Shown piece after piece: positions 28,388-37,732 of a DNA stretch of 64,000 nucleotides. The translations under genes were made by a program, and so were the position numbers. Origin of the DNA: Pseudomonadota bacterium. Its GTDB lineage: Bacteria; Desulfobacterota; Binatia; Binatales; Binataceae. A model generated the notes under the pieces. That model was not told the DNA's origin. It made no database searches and saw only the letters and a program-made list of their open reading frames with translations. Position 1 is the first letter of the stretch. The number at the start of each line of letters is the position of its first letter. The stretch is taken from positions 259,616-323,615 of the forward strand of contig JAJPHZ010000016.1 in the NCBI GenBank assembly GCA_021325025.1. Direction: 5' to 3'.

Positions 28388-29461
28388 CTATCCAATCGCG
28401 CCCAGATTTGCGAGGGCGCTGAGCGCTGCCCGGGGCTCAATCGCGCGCAGGCATTGGTAATGGCCGAAGCGGCAGGTGCGCGCCAGGCACGGGCTGCATT
28501 CGATTGCCTTGTAGAGGATCGTGGTGCGCGGGCCAAGCGGGCCGGTGCGCGCCGGATTGGTCGAACCGAAGATGGCGACAGTTGGAATGCCCAGGGCGGA
28601 GGCCAGATGCGCCGCGCCGGAGTCGTTGCCGACAAAACCGTCGCATAACGACAGCAACGCCATCAACTCGCCGACATCGGTCTGCCCGGCAGCAACAATC
28701 GCATCGCACGAAGCGCTTGTTGCTATGGCCTCGCAGCGCGCGATGTCGCCCGCGCCGCCGACCAGCACCGCTTGCACGTCGCGCTGCGCCAGCGAGGAGA
28801 TCAGCTCTACGTAATGTTCCCGGGGCCATTCCTTGGCCGGTCCGTAAGCGGCGGCCGGCGCGACTGCCAGCAACTTGGAGCGCTCGTTGCGGCGGACTGC
28901 GAGCCATCGGCGCATCCGCTCCAGATGGTGCGGCGCAACCTCGGGGGCAATCTGTTTTGGATCCGATTCGACGCCGAGCGTGGCTTTCAACATCCCAAGC
29001 CAGTAATGGACCTGATGGCGCCGCATCAGTTGAGCGTCGGGCGTGACGCGCCTGGTCAGCATCCAGCCGCGGCCGTCGCGCGCAAAACCGGCGCGCACGG
29101 GGATGCCGGCCAGCGCCACGCGCAGGGCGGAGACGAAGCTGTTGGGCAGCACCACCGCCAGGTCAAAGCGCCGCGTGCGCAGTTGAGCGGCAGCGCGGAT
29201 TAATTCGACCGCGGCCAATCGTTTACCCCCGCGCCGCAGCGCGATCACCTCGTCCACCAGCGCGCTGCCATCGAAGAAGGCGGCCAAACGATAATCGACC
29301 AGCACCGCCAGGCGCGCGGCGGGAAAGGCGCGGCGCAGCGCCGCCAGCACCGGCAGGGTCATCACCAGGTCGCCCAGCCAGTTGACCTCGTGGACGAGAA
29401 TGCGCGACGGACCTGGGGCGCGCTTCAATGCGGTTTCCACCGGCGATGCATCCAGATCCAT
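28388..29461 (-). CDS. waaF: LPS heptosyltransferase II (GT9)
   Basis: NWLGD, LPNSFVSA, AYGPAKEWP, GNDSGAAHLA and CSPC motifs; start near 29461 inferred. Confidence 0.88.
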   Translation of the reverse strand: MDLDASPVETALKRAPGPSRILVHEVNWLGDLVMTLPVLAALRRAFPAARLAVLVDYRLAAFFDGSALVDEVIALRRGGKRLAAVELIRAAAQLRTRRFDLAVVLPNSFVSALRVALAGIPVRAGFARDGRGWMLTRRVTPDAQLMRRHQVHYWLGMLKATLGVESDPKQIAPEVAPHHLERMRRWLAVRRNERSKLLAVAPAAAYGPAKEWPREHYVELISSLAQRDVQAVLVGGAGDIARCEAIATSASCDAIVAAGQTDVGELMALLSLCDGFVGNDSGAAHLASALGIPTVAIFGSTNPARTGPLGPRTTILYKAIECSPCLARTCRFGHYQCLRAIEPRAALSALANLGAIG

Positions 29462-30627
29462 TGTTCGGGATGGCGCAGGATGATGCGTTCGAGCGCAGCG
29501 TTGTAAAGCCGGGTGTTGGCCGCGACAGTCTGCTCGGCGCCGCCGCTTTCCACCGTGGGCAGCGCTTGCTCGAAACGCAGGACGTGGCAGCCGTCGCGCT
29601 CGCGCCACAGCGCTGCGGGCACTACCGGCGCGCCGGTGCGTATGGCGATCAGCGCCAGGCTGCGGAAGGTCCACGCGGGCGCGCCGAAAAAATCCACCAG
29701 CACGCCGTCGCGCCCACCCGCATGCTGATCCATTATGAATACCACCGCGTCGCGCGCGGCCAGCCGCCGCAAAATCGTTTCAAGCGAACCGCGTTTGGGT
29801 AAGACTCCCAGGCCGCTGTTGCGCATCCGGCGCACCACCAGCCGCTCCAGGTAAAGGGGCAGCGGACGGCGCAGCACGTGGAAGCGCCCGCGCCATTGGG
29901 GGAATTTCTCCATCGCTGCGGGCAGCGCGACTTCCCAATTGCCGAAATGGCCCGCCAAGACCAGAACGCCGCGGCCCAGCTTGTAGGCGTCCAGAGCCGC
30001 CGCGACATTTTCCACGCGCACCGCGGGGCGGCGCGCCCACGGCATCAGGTTGCCGACGAATTCCGCCAGGGAGCGCGCCAGATGTCCATAAAAGGCCTGC
30101 GCCAGTGCAACGATCTGGTGATCGTCAAGGGTCGCACCGAAGGCGCGCCTGAGATTGGCGAGCACCACGCGGCGGCGCACCGGCAGGCAATAGTATATGA
30201 ACTTGCCCGCGGTGGGCGCAGCCAGCCGGCGCGGCTGACCGATCGCCATCGCGGTGGCGTGGGTGCCGTCGTGGCTGAGCGAGAGCGCAATATCGGCCAT
30301 CCAATGGCGCGCCATCGCGTCGGCGGCGCGCGCGGTGCAATTGACGCGCGGGGCGCCGTAGCCCTCGGAGAGGATTTCGAAGTCGCCGGCCTCCAACTCG
30401 CCCAAGGCCGTCTCGCGCGGGAAAAGTTTAAGGCAGGCTTCCTTGGCGGCAAAACGGGCCGCCAGGCGCGCCGCGTCGCGGCCCCGTGCCGCATCGTCCA
30501 GCTCGCGCTGGGAAAAGATGCGCAGCAAGTCCTGGCGCGGCGTTTCTTCCAGCAGCCGCCGCATGCGTGCGATTTCCACCAGATCGATGGCGGGGCGGCC
30601 GGCTGCCGATGTCTCAGGCGTGCTCAT
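29425..30627 (-). CDS. Fusion of holo-ACP synthase (AcpS) and a lipid A late acyltransferase (LpxL/HtrB family)
   Basis: IDLVE..RFAAKEA..LSLSH, then GHFGNWE, MDQH and PEQWIWMHRRWK; ATG overlaps the upstream TGA. Confidence 0.9.
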   Translation of the reverse strand: MSTPETSAAGRPAIDLVEIARMRRLLEETPRQDLLRIFSQRELDDAARGRDAARLAARFAAKEACLKLFPRETALGELEAGDFEILSEGYGAPRVNCTARAADAMARHWMADIALSLSHDGTHATAMAIGQPRRLAAPTAGKFIYYCLPVRRRVVLANLRRAFGATLDDHQIVALAQAFYGHLARSLAEFVGNLMPWARRPAVRVENVAAALDAYKLGRGVLVLAGHFGNWEVALPAAMEKFPQWRGRFHVLRRPLPLYLERLVVRRMRNSGLGVLPKRGSLETILRRLAARDAVVFIMDQHAGGRDGVLVDFFGAPAWTFRSLALIAIRTGAPVVPAALWRERDGCHVLRFEQALPTVESGGAEQTVAANTRLYNAALERIILRHPEQWIWMHRRWKPH

Positions 30628-31919
30628 GGCGTTGCATCGGGCGGTGCTTTGAGCAAAAGCGCGGTATTCATGCCGCCAAAACCGCGCCCCAGTACCAGCG
30701 CGATGTCGCCGTGCAGCGCCGTTGCCGAGGCGGAAACCGCCAGCGGCAGGCATTGCGGATCGGGGTCGCGCAGCGCGCCGATACCGGGCGCGGCGCCGTT
30801 GCGCAGGCATTCGAGCACCAGCACCGCCTCCAGCGCGCCCGCCGCCGCCATGGTGTGTCCCAAGGCCCACTTGAACGAAGTGACTGGCGGCATGTCGGCG
30901 CCGAATACTCGCCGGATGGCGTTGGCCTCGGACCGGTCGGAGTTGACGGTGCCGTTGCCGTGGGCGGCGATCATTGCGACATCGCGCGGAGTGATCCCGG
31001 CCGCCTCCAGCGCCATCTCCATCGCGCGCACCGCTCCGTCGCCATCAGCGCGAATCCCCAACACTCCGAGCGCCTCGGTGGTCACACCCGCCCCGATGAT
31101 AATTCCCAGCACCGGCGCATGGCGCTCCGCCGCCGCCGCCTGCGTCTCCAGCACCATCGCCGCCGCGCCCTCGCCCAACAGGCATCCGCTGCGGCCCGCG
31201 TCAAAGGGCCGCGTCGTATCGGCGGTCAGCAACCCCAGATGGTAGAGGTTGAGGATTGCTTCGGGCTCGATTGGCGAATCGTGTCCGACCGCGACCGCCC
31301 GGTCGGCGTCGCCCGTGCGCAGCGTCTCCATCGCCTCGATAATCGCCATGGTTGCGCTGACGCTGTGGTTGGTGATGCAGGAATTGGCGCCCTTGAAGCC
31401 GTAGGCGATTCCCAGGTAGCACAGCACGTTGTTGGGCAGCGCCTGCAGCAGCCAGGTGGGATTGACGCTTTCGCCCAGCTTCTGTCCGAAGACGCGCAGG
31501 TCGCCGCCGCCCGCTGCCATCGCGTTCAGAAAATCATACTGATAGTGATAGGCCACGCCGCCGCATCCGGTGAACACCGCGGTCCGCTCGTTGAATTCCA
31601 CCGCCTGCGCGCCGGGCAGCGCGGCGCGATACTCCAACATCGCCGAAGCCGTGACCGCGCGGCTGGCGGCATACAGGCCCAGCAGGTCGGTGCGGCGCAG
31701 GCGCTGCACCGACTTGAGCAGTCTGCGGTCATCGAAAATTGCACCGGCGTCGATCCGCTCGACGCCCGCGGCAAGCGGCGCAGGCCAGCCGGCCGAGTCC
31801 CACTGCCGCAGCGGCGCAAAGGCAGTGCGGCCCGCGCGCAGCGCCCGATAGATCTGTGCGGGCTCGCTGCCGAGCGCGCATATCGCTCCGATGCCGGTGA
31901 TTGCGACGGGCGCGCTCAT
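30624..31919 (-). CDS. Beta-ketoacyl synthase homolog with Ser at the catalytic Cys position
   Basis: VAITGIG, GEGAAA, AHGNGT, KWALGHT and GFGG motifs; TNHSVS replaces TACAS. Confidence 0.88.
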   Translation of the reverse strand: MSAPVAITGIGAICALGSEPAQIYRALRAGRTAFAPLRQWDSAGWPAPLAAGVERIDAGAIFDDRRLLKSVQRLRRTDLLGLYAASRAVTASAMLEYRAALPGAQAVEFNERTAVFTGCGGVAYHYQYDFLNAMAAGGGDLRVFGQKLGESVNPTWLLQALPNNVLCYLGIAYGFKGANSCITNHSVSATMAIIEAMETLRTGDADRAVAVGHDSPIEPEAILNLYHLGLLTADTTRPFDAGRSGCLLGEGAAAMVLETQAAAAERHAPVLGIIIGAGVTTEALGVLGIRADGDGAVRAMEMALEAAGITPRDVAMIAAHGNGTVNSDRSEANAIRRVFGADMPPVTSFKWALGHTMAAAGALEAVLVLECLRNGAAPGIGALRDPDPQCLPLAVSASATALHGDIALVLGRGFGGMNTALLLKAPPDATP

Positions 31920-33214
31920 GCGGCGACATCCTGCGGATTGCGCAAAACCAGGCAGCTATTGGAGCCGCCGAATCCGAATGAATTGGAGATGGCAAGGCCA
32001 ACCCGGCTTCGGCAGGCCACTTCGCGAACGAAATTGAGGTCGCATTGGGGATCGGGGTCGTCGAGGTTGGCGCTGATCGGCAGCGTCGAATGGTGGATTA
32101 CCAGCGCGCAAATCGCCGCCTCCACGGCGCCCGCACCGGCAATCAGATGGCCCATCAAGCTTTTGGTCGAACTGACTTTCACCTGCCGTGCATGCGCGCC
32201 GAACACCGCCTTGATCGCCGCACATTCGCTGCGGTCGTTCATGACCGTCGAGGTGCCATGGGCGTTGATGTAGCCGACTTCGTGCGGCTGCGCTCCGGCA
32301 TCCTGCAGCGCGGCGCGCATCGCCTGGATTGGACCGTCGCCCGACGGATGGGAATCGGTAATGCGGTAGCTGCTGAGCGAATTGCCGTCGCCGGCCAGCT
32401 CGGCGTAGATGCGCGCGCCGCGCCGGCGCGCCGCCTGCCATTCCTCCAGCACCATGAACCCGGCGCCCTCGCCCAGCACAAAACCATTGCGCGTGCGATC
32501 GAAGGGACGGCTGGCGCGGGTGGGCCGTTCGTTATCGGTGGACAACGCGCCGAGCAGGCTGAAGGCGGCCAGCCCGACGGGATTGATCATCGAGTCGAAG
32601 CCGCCGGTCAAAACAAAGTCGACGCTGGCGCGCCGAATCAGACGCATCGCCAGTCCGATCGCCTGGCCGCCCGACGCGCAGGCAGTATGGACCGAACCCG
32701 CGTAGCCGCGGATACCGAAGCGTTGTACCAGCAGCGCCAGTCCGGCGTTGGCCTGATTGCGCGCATAAGCGATCGGATCGGGGGTCGGCGCGCTGGGCGC
32801 GAACAGCAGACGCGATGCGAGTTCGCCGCCGGGCGCGAAGCGGCGCTGAAATTGCGCCAGTTCCTCGTACGCCACGCCCATCATCCCGCTGCCCGCAACG
32901 CAGCCCCAACGCTGCGCCGTCTGCGGCTGGGGGCCGACGCCCGCGTCTTGGATGGCTTCCTGCGCCGCCGCCAATGCGAAAAGGGCGTGGCGGGTCGCGA
33001 ACTTGAGCAGTTTGCGATGGCGGTCGTGAACGGGCGCAGCGAAATCTTTTACCTCGGCGGCGATCCGGACCGGGTAGCCGCCGGCGTCAAAGGCGCCGAT
33101 CGGAGCGATGCCGCTGCGGCCCGCGAGCAGCGCGTGCCAGGTCGTGGCGGTGCTGTTGCCCAGCGGTGTCACCAGGCCCAGGCCGGTAATTGCCACGCGC
33201 CGGCGTACTGGCAT
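31916..33214 (-). CDS. fabF: Beta-ketoacyl-ACP synthase II (FabF-like)
   Basis: TACASG, NAHGTST, KSLMGH and SNSFGFGG motifs; start at ATG 33214 or GTG 33220. Confidence 0.92.
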   Translation of the reverse strand: MPVRRRVAITGLGLVTPLGNSTATTWHALLAGRSGIAPIGAFDAGGYPVRIAAEVKDFAAPVHDRHRKLLKFATRHALFALAAAQEAIQDAGVGPQPQTAQRWGCVAGSGMMGVAYEELAQFQRRFAPGGELASRLLFAPSAPTPDPIAYARNQANAGLALLVQRFGIRGYAGSVHTACASGGQAIGLAMRLIRRASVDFVLTGGFDSMINPVGLAAFSLLGALSTDNERPTRASRPFDRTRNGFVLGEGAGFMVLEEWQAARRRGARIYAELAGDGNSLSSYRITDSHPSGDGPIQAMRAALQDAGAQPHEVGYINAHGTSTVMNDRSECAAIKAVFGAHARQVKVSSTKSLMGHLIAGAGAVEAAICALVIHHSTLPISANLDDPDPQCDLNFVREVACRSRVGLAISNSFGFGGSNSCLVLRNPQDVAA

Positions 33215-33216
33215 CG

Positions 33217-33642
33217 TCACGCGCCGCCCGCGCGCATGGCGCGGATTACCATCTTGCACATCGTTTCCACCGTAAACAGGGTCGGCACATCGGCAAGATT
33301 CATGTGCGGCCGGAAGCTTTGCGCCGGCACCTCGCTCAAGTACTCGCGCAGCCGCGCCAGCCCCGCCTCGGTCAGCACGCCGGCGGTTTCGAATTGCGCC
33401 TGGGGCAGGTCGCCGCGCGCGTCCTCGACGATGCGTCCGCGCGGAATCTGAATTTTGAATTCACGCTCCAGTCTGAATACCATGTCGAGCAGGTCGATCG
33501 ACTCCGCCTCCAAATCCGCAAACAGGCGGCTACTGAGGCGGACTTCCGCGGGGTCGCGCGCCAGCGCCTCGGCGATCACTCTGGCCACCTGCGGATAGAC
33601 GGCTTGGATTTCCTCTTTGCTGATCGCAACCGGCATACTCAC
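33217..33642 (-). CDS. Acyl carrier protein, long form with an insertion
   Basis: DLEAESIDLLDMVFRLEREF phosphopantetheine motif; C-terminal FTVETM; about 140 aa. Confidence 0.88.
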   Translation of the reverse strand: MSMPVAISKEEIQAVYPQVARVIAEALARDPAEVRLSSRLFADLEAESIDLLDMVFRLEREFKIQIPRGRIVEDARGDLPQAQFETAGVLTEAGLARLREYLSEVPAQSFRPHMNLADVPTLFTVETMCKMVIRAMRAGGA

Positions 33643-34415
33643 TCCATCTTGAAGCCGCCGTCCACGTAAATGATTTGACCGGTGATGTAATCGGCAAAGC
33701 GCGAGGCCAAAAACACCACCGCGTAAGCAACCTCGATGGGCTGTCCGTAGCGGCGCAACAGGATTCGCGCCAGCGCCTGCTCGCCCGCGGCGTCGCGGAT
33801 AGGCTTTGACATCGTGGTTTCGATCAGGCCCGGCGCCACCGCGTTGACGGTGATTTTGCGCGGCGCCAACTCCACCGCCAGCGCTTTGGTAAAAGCGTTG
33901 ACCGCACCCTTGCTGGCGGCATAATTGGTCTGCCCGCGCCCCGCCATCTCGGCCGCCACCGAACTGATATTGACGATTTTTCCCGAGCGCTGCGTAATCA
34001 TGTGCGGAACCACGGCGCGCGTAATATTGAACACGCCGGTCACGTTGGTTTCCAGCACCGCGCCGACGTCAGCGGGCTCCAGCCACGGCAACAGATTGTC
34101 GCGGATGACAGCGCTGTTGTTGACCAGCACGTCGATACGGCCATGGCGCGCAACGGTGCGCTCCACTACCGCCGCGCAAGCGGCGGGGTCGCGCACGTCG
34201 GCCTGTTCGCCAAATGCGCTTTGCCCGCAGGCCTGGATTTGCGCCGCGACTTCGTCGGCTGCGGCGCGATCGGCGCGATACAGAAACGTCACCGCCGCCC
34301 CCTCGGCGGCAAAGGCCTGGACAATCGCGCGGCCGATGCCGCGGCTACCGCCGGTTACTATCACCGATTTGCCGGACAGGCCCGAATCGCCAAGCATACT
34401 GCGCCGCTCATCCAC
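33639..34415 (-). CDS. fabG: 3-oxoacyl-ACP reductase (FabG-like SDR)
   Basis: TGGSRGIG, NISS, GQTNYAASK and VAPGLIET motifs. Confidence 0.85.
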   Translation of the reverse strand: MDERRSMLGDSGLSGKSVIVTGGSRGIGRAIVQAFAAEGAAVTFLYRADRAAADEVAAQIQACGQSAFGEQADVRDPAACAAVVERTVARHGRIDVLVNNSAVIRDNLLPWLEPADVGAVLETNVTGVFNITRAVVPHMITQRSGKIVNISSVAAEMAGRGQTNYAASKGAVNAFTKALAVELAPRKITVNAVAPGLIETTMSKPIRDAAGEQALARILLRRYGQPIEVAYAVVFLASRFADYITGQIIYVDGGFKME

Positions 34416-35181
34416 TGATCGAAAATCCGCCGTCGACCACCAGGATATGGCCGGTGATCATCGCGGCTTCGGGCAGACATAGCAGAAAAACCGCATCCGC
34501 CACATGGCCGGGCAAAAGCGCCGGGCCCAGCGCGGCCCGTTCGGCGAACTCGCGCAGCATGCGCTCGCGCGCCGCAAACGCCTTGAGCGCGTCGGTGTCC
34601 ACCACCGCGGCGCTGACCGCGTTGACGCGGATGCCACGCGTGCGGCCCAACTCCATCGCCAGGCTGCGCACCAGGGCTTCCAGGGCGGCCTTGGAGGCGC
34701 CGATAAAGCCGTAATCGGGCAGCGCAAAGCGCGCGCCGAGGCTGGAGACCGCGATGATACGGCCGTCGTTGCCCATCAGCGGCGCGGCGTGCTGGGCTAG
34801 CAGGTTGAGCGCCAGAGCGTTGGTCTCCATGCACCAGCGCCAATGCTTGAGCGTCATGTCCAGGGTGGGCTTGAGCACTCCGCTGGCGGCATTGCTGACC
34901 ACGATGTCAAGACGGTTGAAGCAGGCGGAAAACTCGCCAAACAGTTCACCGACGCTTTGCGGATTGCCGACGTTGGCCGCGATTGGCACCGCGCGGCGCC
35001 CAAGCGCGGCGAGTTCGTCGCACAGCGCGCGCGCCTGGCCGTGAGCGTTGAAGTATACCGCCGCCACCTCGCAGCCGGCGGCGGCCAGCTTCAGTGTAAT
35101 CGCGCGGCCGATGCCGCGCGAAGCTCCGGTGACCAGCGCTACTTTGCCGGCCAACGGCGATGGTTCGGCGCTTTGCGGCAC
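34408..35181 (-). CDS. SDR enoyl-ACP reductase (FabL-like)
   Basis: TGASRGIG, SNAASGVLKP, YGFIGASKAALE (YX6K spacing) and VDTDAL. Confidence 0.82.
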   Translation of the reverse strand: MPQSAEPSPLAGKVALVTGASRGIGRAITLKLAAAGCEVAAVYFNAHGQARALCDELAALGRRAVPIAANVGNPQSVGELFGEFSACFNRLDIVVSNAASGVLKPTLDMTLKHWRWCMETNALALNLLAQHAAPLMGNDGRIIAVSSLGARFALPDYGFIGASKAALEALVRSLAMELGRTRGIRVNAVSAAVVDTDALKAFAARERMLREFAERAALGPALLPGHVADAVFLLCLPEAAMITGHILVVDGGFSISG

Positions 35182-35217
35182 GTCGCGCTCCCAGGTTGCA
35201 TCCGCAGCCGCGCGGCG

Positions 35218-36426
35218 CTACGACGCTGCCCAGCCGGCCGAGCGCGCCCGCGCCGGCGATTCCTCGACGTCACGCCCCAGCAGCTCCATCACCGCGCACG
35301 CCGCCCGCCGCATCACGCCGGTGGGCCCCAGCACGTCGGGCAGATGCGCCAGGCGGGCCTGGATGTGACGGCGGCGGGTTTCATTGGTGAGCAGCGACCA
35401 GACTTCGTCGGCCAGATGGAGCTCATCGACGTCCTTTTGGAAGAACTCCGGCTGCACCGCCTCATCGAGCAGGATGTTGACCATCCCGATAAATCGCACC
35501 CGCATCAGGCGGCGTCCGACCCGATAGTAAAGCGGACGGCAGCGGTAGGCGATCACCGAAGGAATGCCGAGCAGGCCCACTTCCAGCGTGGCGGTTCCCG
35601 AGCATTGCAGCACCACCCGGGCGCGGCTGAGCACCGCGTAGGAGTCGGGATTGTAGATGACGGCGTTGCGCAGGCCGCTGTGACGCAGCGCGCTTTCCAG
35701 CGGCGCGCGCAACTCCTCGCCGGCCAGCGGGATGGCGAACTGAAGGGCGGGGTTGCGAAGGGTCAGCAGGCGCGCCGCACCCAGCATCGGCCCGCACAGG
35801 TCGCGGATTTCCTGGATCCTGCTGCCCGGCATCAGCGCGACCAGCGGGCGGGCGGGGTCCAATCCCAGCCGGTGCATGGCCGCGGCGGGATCGTCAATGA
35901 CACGCACCGCGTCGCGCAGCGGATGGCCCACCCACAGGCTGTCGGCGCCCGCCTCCTTGTAGATTTCCGCTTCTTCCCGAAAAGCGGACAATACCCGGGT
36001 CGACAGCGGTACAACCAGCGGCAAGCGCCATCGCCCCCACAGCCACACCTGGGGCGGAAAGAAGAACACCACCGGGACCCCGCGCGCGCGCAGCGAGCGC
36101 GCCAACATTAAATTGAGGGTTTCGGCGTCGATTAAAATCGCCAGGTCAGGCCGCACACGGTCAAACAGCGCGCGCGCCGCACGCCATACGTGCAGCACCG
36201 AGCGGATTGCCCGCACCGAATCGGGCGGACCGATGGTCGACACCGCGGTGCTGCTAACCGCAACCTCAACCCCGCTGCGCGCCATCGCCGGTCCTCCCGC
36301 CCCGAGGAGCCGAATCGCCGGGTCCAGGTCGAGCAGGGCGCGCGCCAGGCGTCCTCCGTTTTGGTCGCCGGACACGTCGCCCGCGACCATGCAAATCGTC
36401 AGCGGTTTTCGATCGGGCTTACGCAT
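35218..36426 (-). CDS. lpxB: Lipid-A-disaccharide synthase (GT19), divergent
   Basis: AGDVSGD, PPQVWLW, VGHPL, MPGSR..E and SGTATLE motifs; ATG 36426 overlaps the waaA stop region. Confidence 0.88.
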   Translation of the reverse strand: MRKPDRKPLTICMVAGDVSGDQNGGRLARALLDLDPAIRLLGAGGPAMARSGVEVAVSSTAVSTIGPPDSVRAIRSVLHVWRAARALFDRVRPDLAILIDAETLNLMLARSLRARGVPVVFFFPPQVWLWGRWRLPLVVPLSTRVLSAFREEAEIYKEAGADSLWVGHPLRDAVRVIDDPAAAMHRLGLDPARPLVALMPGSRIQEIRDLCGPMLGAARLLTLRNPALQFAIPLAGEELRAPLESALRHSGLRNAVIYNPDSYAVLSRARVVLQCSGTATLEVGLLGIPSVIAYRCRPLYYRVGRRLMRVRFIGMVNILLDEAVQPEFFQKDVDELHLADEVWSLLTNETRRRHIQARLAHLPDVLGPTGVMRRAACAVMELLGRDVEESPARARSAGWAAS

Positions 36427-37732
36427 GATCCGCCGTGAGGAAAGGACCGAGTTCATCGAGATAACGCCGTGTAACCGCCGCGGCATCGGGAAGCGTCCGC
36501 CGCTGCAGCGCAAGCACGCTGTTGCGCAGGCCTTCATCTTGAAGCCAACTCCGCAGCCGCGCCGCCAGTTGCTCTGGGCTGGATACCACAGCTTCGGGCG
36601 TAACCGCCATCAGTCTGCGCGCCTCATGTTCAAAATGGGCAAAATGTGCGCCGAAAAGTACCGGAACGCCGCTGTGGAGCGCTTCAAACGGATTGTGCCC
36701 CCCAAATTTTCCGAACCCGCCGCCGATCACGGCCAAAGTCGCTATCGCATAAAAATTCCGCAATTCGCCCATCGTGTCCAGTACCAACACGCCGCGCCAG
36801 CCTTGACCCGGCGGCAGGCGACTGCGCAACACCGCCGCCAGACCGCGCGCGGACGCCTGGCGCAAGGCCACCGATGCGTCGCGCCTATGGCGTGGCGCCA
36901 CGACAAAACGCACCTGCTGAGTGCGCACGGCAGCGATCGCGTCGAAGACCAGCGGCAGTTCGGCATTGTGCACACTGCCAAAGACCACCAGCGGCTGAGC
37001 TGGGGCGAGGCCCAGTGCATCGCGTAGAACGGACGCGCCGTTTTGCGCAATTTCCGGCAGCGCTTTCAGGTTGCCCGCCGCCACGCAGCGCTGCGCATCC
37101 GCACCCAGAGTAATGAACCGCGCGCGCTCGGTTTCGTTCTGGGCCAGGATCCGACTCAAGCGCCGAATCGTGGGCGCGATCAGGCTGCGAATTGCGCGAT
37201 AGCGCGGCATATCGCCGGGATAAATCCGCGCGCTCAGCGCAAGTACCGGCCGCCCGCGGCGATGGGCCTCGAAAACCAGCCGGGGCCAAAGCTCGGTTTC
37301 GATCAGAAACAGCGCCGCGGGCTGCCAGAGGTCGAACGCCCGCCTTATCCATCGGGGCACGTCCCATGGAACCAGGGCAGCGAAGGTGTCGGGCGCAGCC
37401 ACGCGCAAGACGTAGTCAACGCCGGCGCGATTGGCGGCGGTCAGGACGGCCGGGAAGCGGTAGCCGTGCTGACGCAGCACCGCGATCAGGCGCAGGGCGG
37501 CTGCCATCTCCCCCGCCGACGCGCCGTGCAGCCAAATCGCGCCACGACCGGCGGCCGGCAAGCGGCCGGTGCGTGCTCGCAACTCCGCGGCCGACGCGCC
37601 GCCCGCATAAGCCACAGCCAAGGCCGGTGCGAAGGCCCCGCGCGACAGCGCCGCGTAAAGTCTTTCCCAGGCTGACAGCCCGATGAATTCTGTGTTGCGT
37701 CCGGACATGAAGAGCCGGCTTTCCGTTGCCAT
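36419..37732 (-). CDS. waaA: Kdo transferase (GT30)
   Basis: WLHGASAGE, ETELWP, GNLK, APRH, DTMGEL and GGHNPFE motifs. Confidence 0.92.
   Translation of the reverse strand: MATESRLFMSGRNTEFIGLSAWERLYAALSRGAFAPALAVAYAGGASAAELRARTGRLPAAGRGAIWLHGASAGEMAAALRLIAVLRQHGYRFPAVLTAANRAGVDYVLRVAAPDTFAALVPWDVPRWIRRAFDLWQPAALFLIETELWPRLVFEAHRRGRPVLALSARIYPGDMPRYRAIRSLIAPTIRRLSRILAQNETERARFITLGADAQRCVAAGNLKALPEIAQNGASVLRDALGLAPAQPLVVFGSVHNAELPLVFDAIAAVRTQQVRFVVAPRHRRDASVALRQASARGLAAVLRSRLPPGQGWRGVLVLDTMGELRNFYAIATLAVIGGGFGKFGGHNPFEALHSGVPVLFGAHFAHFEHEARRLMAVTPEAVVSSPEQLAARLRSWLQDEGLRNSVLALQRRTLPDAAAVTRRYLDELGPFLTADHA

Noticed and set aside
29462-29674. ORF-track N-terminal extension of waaF, and likewise the extended starts at 2020, 10563, 30870, 36537 and 38641
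   Set aside because: The extensions overlap neighbouring genes and precede the family N-terminal motifs; downstream starts fit better.
30486-32273. 595-aa + strand ORF
   Set aside because: Antisense shadow of the ketosynthase genes in high-GC DNA; no recognisable motifs.
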